Part shown: in pieces, positions 59,947 to 64,000 of the stretch
Layout of the letters: each line of letters begins with the position of its first letter
Numbering within the stretch: position 1 is the stretch's first letter
Assembly (NCBI GenBank): GCA_964482725.1
Contig: CAYZYT010000002.1
Span: 74,437 to 138,436 of the forward strand
DNA length: 64,000 bases
Direction of reading: 5' to 3'
Source of the DNA: an uncultured bacterium
Lineage (GTDB): Bacteria; Omnitrophota; Omnitrophia; Omnitrophales; Aquincolibacteriaceae
Made by a program: the position numbers and the translations under genes
Notes under the pieces: model-generated
Databases searched by the model: none
The model's input: only the letters and a program-made list of their open reading frames with translations
What the model was told of the DNA's origin: nothing

Positions 59947-62598
59947 CTATAGAATATTGAGGGGATCGACGTCGAGCTGGAAGGCAACGCCGGAGGGTTT
60001 TTTGAGGCCCATCAGAAGCGCATAGATCTTGGGCGTCATCAGAAGGTCTTTGGGGATCTTAAGCATGACATGCCAGCGGAAGTGACCGCGCAATTTGTAG
60101 AACGGAAGCGGCGCGGGGCCGATAATTTCAAAACCTTCGGGAGCTGGATGTCGGATGGCGGAGGGCGTAAAGCCTTCGGTTTGAGATCCGGCTAACAATC
60201 TATCTTTGTCATTCCCGCATGCTTTTAGCGGGAATCCATTTTTTGTTACTGGATCCCCGATTGAGACATTCGGGGATGACAAGGAGATAGCCAGACCCCT
60301 GAGCGCATCGCGGATCTCGCGCGCAAAGAGATACGCCTTCTTCTCATCGTGCGAGCGGATAATGATATTCACAAGCGAGCGGAACGGCGGATAATGAAAT
60401 TCCTCCCGGCACTGTTTTTCATGCGCGTAAAAGGCGAGGAAATCATGCTCGCGCGCGAACCGGATACTGGGATGCTCCGGCATCCAGGTCTGAATGATGA
60501 CACGGCCGGGCTTCGTCCCCCGCCCCGCGCGCCCCGCAAATTGCGTGAGCAGCTGGAATGTCCGCTCGCTAGAACGAAAATCCGGAAGCCGGAGCCCCAC
60601 ATCGGCGAGCACCACGCCCACCAAAGTCACATGCGGGAAGTCAAATCCCTTGGCGATCATCTGCGTTCCAATCAGGATGTCGATCTTTTGCTCCCGGAAC
60701 TCCTCCAGGATCTTTTCGTGGGAATTTTTTTTCTGAGTGGTATCCGCATCAAGGCGCGCGATCCGGGCCGTCGGAAAAAACCGGGCGACCTCGCTTTCGA
60801 CCTTTTCGGTCCCGAAGCCCGCAAACTTCAGGAGCGGGGACTTGCACGAAGAGCAGGTGTTCGACACTTTTTTTTGATAGTTACAGTAATGACAAAGGAG
60901 CAGGTTCTTTTCTTGATGAAAGGTGAGCGCCACCTGGCACATCTTGCAGGTTTCGACCTCACTGCAGGTCGGACAGCGGATCGAAGTAGAAAATCCTCGG
61001 CGATTCAGGAGAAGCATCGTCCCTTCCCGGCTCTTTAGATTGGTCTCGATCTCGCGCATGAGGGGCGGCGAAAAAAGGAGACTTGCGCGCTTGTCCCCCT
61101 GATAGCGTTTGAGGTCGATCACCTGGACCTTGGGCATCGCCTTCGAATCGATCCTCTCGGTGAGATCCACGCGTTCGATCCTCCCCCTCTCCGCGAGCGC
61201 CATGCTTTCCAGAGAGGGCGTCGCCGTCCCCATCAAAAAAAGCGCTCCCTCATGTTCCGCGCGCCAGGCAGCCACTTCGCGAGCGTGGTAGCGAGGCGTG
61301 GTCTCCTGTTTATACGAACCCTCATGTTCCTCGTCCATGATAATGAGCCCGAGGTTCGGGACCGGAGCGAACACCGCGGAGCGCGGGCCCAACACCACAT
61401 TGCAGGTTCCCAGCTCGATGCGTTTCCAGGTAAGAAACCGTTCCCCATCGGTCATTTTGCTGTGAAGGATCTCGAGGTTCTCGCCGAAATGCCCGGCAAA
61501 GAAGCGCTGAAGCTGTTCGGTCAGCGCGATCTCGGGGACAAGGCAGATCGCGGCACGGCCCTGCTTCAGGGTCTGGCGGATCGCGCGGATATAAAGTTCG
61601 CTCTTGCCGCTCCCGGTGACACCGTAGATTAAAATCGGTTTTACGGATTTTTTTTCGTCATCCTGAGGCTTAGCCGAAGGATCTCGCTTGAGATTCTTCG
61701 CCCCCGAGGGGCTCAGCACTGACCTTGCTAAAATCTCAGGGGGGTCGGTGCAGTCCCGCCTACCGTCTTTTATTAATTCAAGGCGGGGCAGAATGACTGA
61801 ATTCGCCAACACTTTCTGGATAATCTCAAACGCCTTCTCCTGCTCAGGAGAAAGCGTGTATTCCTGAGGAGAGTGCGCCGACGCATCGCTTTTCCGACTT
61901 GCTTTCTCGATGTACTTCTCAACTTTTTTCCCGTACTTCACCCATCGCGGGAGCGCGTTCTCGATCGCCTCTCCCCAGCTCGAACCGTAATATTCGCCCA
62001 CCCATTTTGTAAGCGCAAGCATATCCGCCGAGAGAACGGGCTGGTCATCGAGGACCGCGAGAAGGGGTTTGAGATCGCCAAGCCGCTTGTCATTCCCGCG
62101 GACTTTTAGCGGGAATCCAGTTTTTGCGTCTGGACCCCCGATTAAAACATTCGGGGGTGACAAAATTTTCCTTTTCGGGAGTCCTCCTTTTTCAAAGGGG
62201 GAAGAAAACTCATCCTGTTTCGCTTCCACCCCAACGATATAGCCCGTGATCTCGGTGTTGCGGAACGGGACGATCACACGAACGCCGGGGATGGCTTTCG
62301 CAAGAAGAGACTCGGGGATCCTATAACTGAAGACGGTGGGGATCGGAAGAGGAACCGCTACCTGCGCCACAAAAGACTTTATGTCATTCCCGCATGTTTT
62401 AAGCGGGAATCCAGTCTTGTTTTCTGGATCCCCGACACAAACATTCGGGGATGACAGGGACAACGCGAGCGGCTGTCCCCTTTTGGACGATTTCACTCCT
62501 TCGTCCCTTCGAGGAGCTTCATGACTTTTTTCATATCCTCCCAGACCTTGCGCTTCTCCCCCGGGCTGCGCAAAAGATACGCCGGATGGTAGGTGCAC
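59947..62598 (-). CDS. priA: Primosomal protein N' (PriA helicase) carrying in-frame R1/R2 repeat insertions; start codon uncertain
   Basis: N-terminal VAVPLPIPTVFSYRIP...VIVPFRNTEITGYIVGV, Walker A GVTGSGKSELY, DEEHE, and the Cys-rich zinc-finger region CPTCSEVETCKMC...CHYCNYQ...CSSC. Three R1 copies (60207-60281, 62088-62162, 62383-62456) and one R2 copy (61657-61723) are in frame. The 5' 100 bp would overlap UDG, so the true start is probably downstream, near 62370. Confidence 0.85.
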   Translation of the reverse strand: MHLPSGVSFAQPGGEAQGLGGYEKSHEAPRRDEGVKSSKRGQPLALSLSSPNVCVGDPENKTGFPLKTCGNDIKSFVAQVAVPLPIPTVFSYRIPESLLAKAIPGVRVIVPFRNTEITGYIVGVEAKQDEFSSPFEKGGLPKRKILSPPNVLIGGPDAKTGFPLKVRGNDKRLGDLKPLLAVLDDQPVLSADMLALTKWVGEYYGSSWGEAIENALPRWVKYGKKVEKYIEKASRKSDASAHSPQEYTLSPEQEKAFEIIQKVLANSVILPRLELIKDGRRDCTDPPEILARSVLSPSGAKNLKRDPSAKPQDDEKKSVKPILIYGVTGSGKSELYIRAIRQTLKQGRAAICLVPEIALTEQLQRFFAGHFGENLEILHSKMTDGERFLTWKRIELGTCNVVLGPRSAVFAPVPNLGLIIMDEEHEGSYKQETTPRYHAREVAAWRAEHEGALFLMGTATPSLESMALAERGRIERVDLTERIDSKAMPKVQVIDLKRYQGDKRASLLFSPPLMREIETNLKSREGTMLLLNRRGFSTSIRCPTCSEVETCKMCQVALTFHQEKNLLLCHYCNYQKKVSNTCSSCKSPLLKFAGFGTEKVESEVARFFPTARIARLDADTTQKKNSHEKILEEFREQKIDILIGTQMIAKGFDFPHVTLVGVVLADVGLRLPDFRSSERTFQLLTQFAGRAGRGTKPGRVIIQTWMPEHPSIRFAREHDFLAFYAHEKQCREEFHYPPFRSLVNIIIRSHDEKKAYLFAREIRDALRGLAISLSSPNVSIGDPVTKNGFPLKACGNDKDRLLAGSQTEGFTPSAIRHPAPEGFEIIGPAPLPFYKLRGHFRWHVMLKIPKDLLMTPKIYALLMGLKKPSGVAFQLDVDPLNIL
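60207..60281. repeat. R1 palindromic element, copy 1 (inside the priA C-terminal region, in frame)
   Basis: TGTCATTCCCGCATGCTTTTAGCGGGAATCCATTTTTTGTTACTGGATCCCCGATTGAGACATTCGGGGATGACA. It has two internal hairpins (TTCCCGC/GCGGGAA; CCCCGA/TCGGGG) and outer TGTCAT/ATGACA ends. Confidence 0.8.
61657..61723. repeat. R2 element (inverted dimer) inside priA, in frame, between the LSPEQ region and Walker A
   Basis: GTCATCCTGAGGCTTAGCCGAAGGATCTCGCTTGAGATTCTTCGCCCCCGAGGGGCTCAGCACTGAC. It encodes ...SVLSPSGAKNLKRDPSAKPQDD... Confidence 0.7.
62088..62162. repeat. R1 palindromic element, copy 2 (inside priA, between the N-terminal DNA-binding domain and the helicase core, in frame)
   Basis: TGTCATTCCCGCGGACTTTTAGCGGGAATCCAGTTTTTGCGTCTGGACCCCCGATTAAAACATTCGGGGGTGACA. 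Confidence 0.8.
62383..62456. repeat. R1 palindromic element, copy 3 (priA 5' region, either in the N-terminus or the leader)
   Basis: TGTCATTCCCGCATGTTTTAAGCGGGAATCCAGTCTTGTTTTCTGGATCCCCGACACAAACATTCGGGGATGACA. Confidence 0.8.
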
Positions 62599-63359
62599 AT
62601 GACCGGGATGCCCTCATAAGACTGGAACGTCCCCCGAAGTCCCGAGATGCCCTCCTCGGTTTGGAGAAGCGCTTTGACCGCATGATTGCCGAGCGCCACG
62701 ATCACCTTGGGTTGAATGATCTTGAGCTGCTCTTTGAGGTAAGGCCGGCAGTGAGCGACTTCTCCCGGCGCAGGCGGACGATTATTCGGCGGCCGGCATT
62801 TGAGGACGTTGCAAATAAAGACCTGATCACGGGTCCAGCCCATGGCTTCAATGATCTTCGTGAGGAGCTGACCGGCGCGGCCGACAAAAGGAAGTCCCTG
62901 CTCGTCTTCATCGGCGCCCGGGGCTTCCCCCACAAAAACAAGCTCGGCCTGGAGATTGCCGTCGCCAAAGACGACCTTGTTGCGGGTCTTCGCGAGTTCG
63001 GCGCAGAGTTTGCATTTCAGGACTTTGGCTCGAAGTGATTCGATCCCAGGATTGCTTTCCGCCGAAGCCTTGTCATTCCCGCATGCTTTACGCGGGAATC
63101 CACTTTTTGTTGCTGGACCCCCGACTAAAACATTCGGGGGTGACACAATTTGTCGACTTGAGGATTGCATCACGGAACTCGAAGACTTGAATGTTGCTTT
63201 GTCATCCTGAGCCGATTTTCGGCGAAGGATCTCGCTTTGAGATTCTTCGCCCTTCGGGCTCAGAATGACGGGAGCGAAAGATTTCTTCGGCACATACACT
63301 TCTTCAATGCCGTCTTCTTTCAAGGCTTTCAGGAATAAAAGAGACTCGCGCTTCGGCAT
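62493..63359 (-). CDS. Uracil-DNA glycosylase, family 4; about 105 N-terminal codons are repeat-derived (R2 + R1), so the true start may be internal
   Basis: Core motifs C(K/R)LC...VFGEGN-like ([21 protein letters not shown]) and [23 protein letters not shown], then HPAYLLR. The N-terminal 105 aa has no UDG homology and spans two repeat elements. Confidence 0.75.
   Translation of the reverse strand: MPKRESLLFLKALKEDGIEEVYVPKKSFAPVILSPKGEESQSEILRRKSAQDDKATFKSSSSVMQSSSRQIVSPPNVLVGGPATKSGFPRKACGNDKASAESNPGIESLRAKVLKCKLCAELAKTRNKVVFGDGNLQAELVFVGEAPGADEDEQGLPFVGRAGQLLTKIIEAMGWTRDQVFICNVLKCRPPNNRPPAPGEVAHCRPYLKEQLKIIQPKVIVALGNHAVKALLQTEEGISGLRGTFQSYEGIPVMCTYHPAYLLRSPGEKRKVWEDMKKVMKLLEGTKE
63071..63145. 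repeat. R1 palindromic element, copy 4 (within the 5' part of the UDG ORF)
   Basis: TGTCATTCCCGCATGCTTTACGCGGGAATCCACTTTTTGTTGCTGGACCCCCGACTAAAACATTCGGGGGTGACA. Confidence 0.8.
63200..63269. repeat. R2 element (inverted dimer) in the 5' part of the UDG ORF
   Basis: TGTCATCCTGAGCCGATTTTCGGCGAAGGATCTCGCTTTGAGATTCTTCGCCCTTCGGGCTCAGAATGAC. The arms are reverse complements of each other. Confidence 0.7.
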
Positions 63360-63364
63360 AAATA

Positions 63365-64000
63365 CTATTTTCCGGCAAGGATCAGTTTAACGAGATCTTC
63401 GGAGGCGTCCGGTTTCGCCAAGCGCGCGAGGGCGTCACGTTTTTTTTGCAAAGAAGACGGATCGTCCAGAATGCCTTTGACGATAGCGTGGATCTCGTGA
63501 GGATCGTTCAGAAAATACGCGGCATCGCGGATCTTCAGGAGCTTCACATTCCGGGTCTCTTGACCGGGGATCGGCGCCATGACGACCATGACCACCCCTT
63601 TGGTCAGGGCCTCGGAAGTCGTGGAGCCTCCGGATTTTGCGACCATGAGATCGCTTGCTTCCATCAGGTCCGGCATAAAGTCGATGAAGCCGAAGATCTT
63701 GACGGGAAATGGATAGACTTTGCTTTCAAGGATCGCTTTGAGTTCCGCGTTGTTGGCGCAGACGACAAAGCACTGAACCTTGTCTTGGAACGCCTTGAGT
63801 TCTTCCAGAATAGCTTCCTGGGGACCCAAGCCGAAGCTGCCGCTCGTAAGGAGGATCGTGAACCGGTGGGCCTCGAGGCCGTGTTTTTTGAGGATCTCCT
63901 GTTTTCTGCCTGTGGGCTTGAAGGTCGGAAGGATCGGAATGCCGCCGGCGGTGATCTTTCCTTCCGGTACGCCGCGACGAGCGAGATCCTGCTTGGTTTC
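63365..64000 (-). CDS. Glycosyltransferase family 28 C-terminal domain protein (MurG / MGDG-synthase / UgtP-like), 5'-truncated by the window edge
   Basis: The frame continues beyond 63829 to the window end: ...GIPILPTFKP...FTILLTSGSFGLGP...VVCANN...SGGSTTSEAL is the GT28 C-terminal signature. Confidence 0.6.
   Translation of the reverse strand, partial: ETKQDLARRGVPEGKITAGGIPILPTFKPTGRKQEILKKHGLEAHRFTILLTSGSFGLGPQEAILEELKAFQDKVQCFVVCANNAELKAILESKVYPFPVKIFGFIDFMPDLMEASDLMVAKSGGSTTSEALTKGVVMVVMAPIPGQETRNVKLLKIRDAAYFLNDPHEIHAIVKGILDDPSSLQKKRDALARLAKPDASEDLVKLILAGK

Overview
This 64-kb window is bacterial chromosome with GC roughly in the mid-50s %. Essentially every credible gene lies on the minus strand. 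The only plausible plus-strand gene is a small ORF at 42321-42557. I could not assign a lineage from the sequence alone.

Reading in the direction of transcription (high to low coordinates), the window contains:
- a partial GT28-family glycosyltransferase;
- a family-4 uracil-DNA glycosylase and priA, both carrying in-frame copies of two palindromic repeat families (R1 about 75 bp, R2 about 45-70 bp);
- one 15.65-kb open reading frame (44091-59741, 5216 codons) with a mosaic, highly repetitive architecture;
- a lipoprotein, a PpnP/DUF1255-like cupin, then def-fmt fused to a CBS/PAS histidine kinase;
- gap-pgk-tpiA-secG;
- recG-rsmD-coaD-yceD-rpmF-plsX-fabH-fabD-fabG-acpP-fabF;
- smc-pgsA-plsY;
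- recA-recX-alaS;
- a his operon (hisD-B-H-A-[membrane ORF]-F-[M15 peptidase]) joined through hisI to trpE-G-D-C-F;
- a histidine kinase plus sigma54-type response regulator that overlaps trpF;
- dnaK and a partial secreted protein.

I found no rRNA, tRNA, CRISPR array, transposase or integrase. The parts most worth follow-up are the giant ORF and the repeat elements embedded in frame inside priA. Within the giant ORF, notable features are a recent 578-bp duplication, 7-mer nucleotide microsatellite blocks read as protein, a 51-aa x 8 tandem array, a recurring RSEVR junction motif, and embedded UDPGP-like, APH-like kinase, HD and HEAT domains. All annotations rest on recognising conserved motifs by eye; no searches were run.
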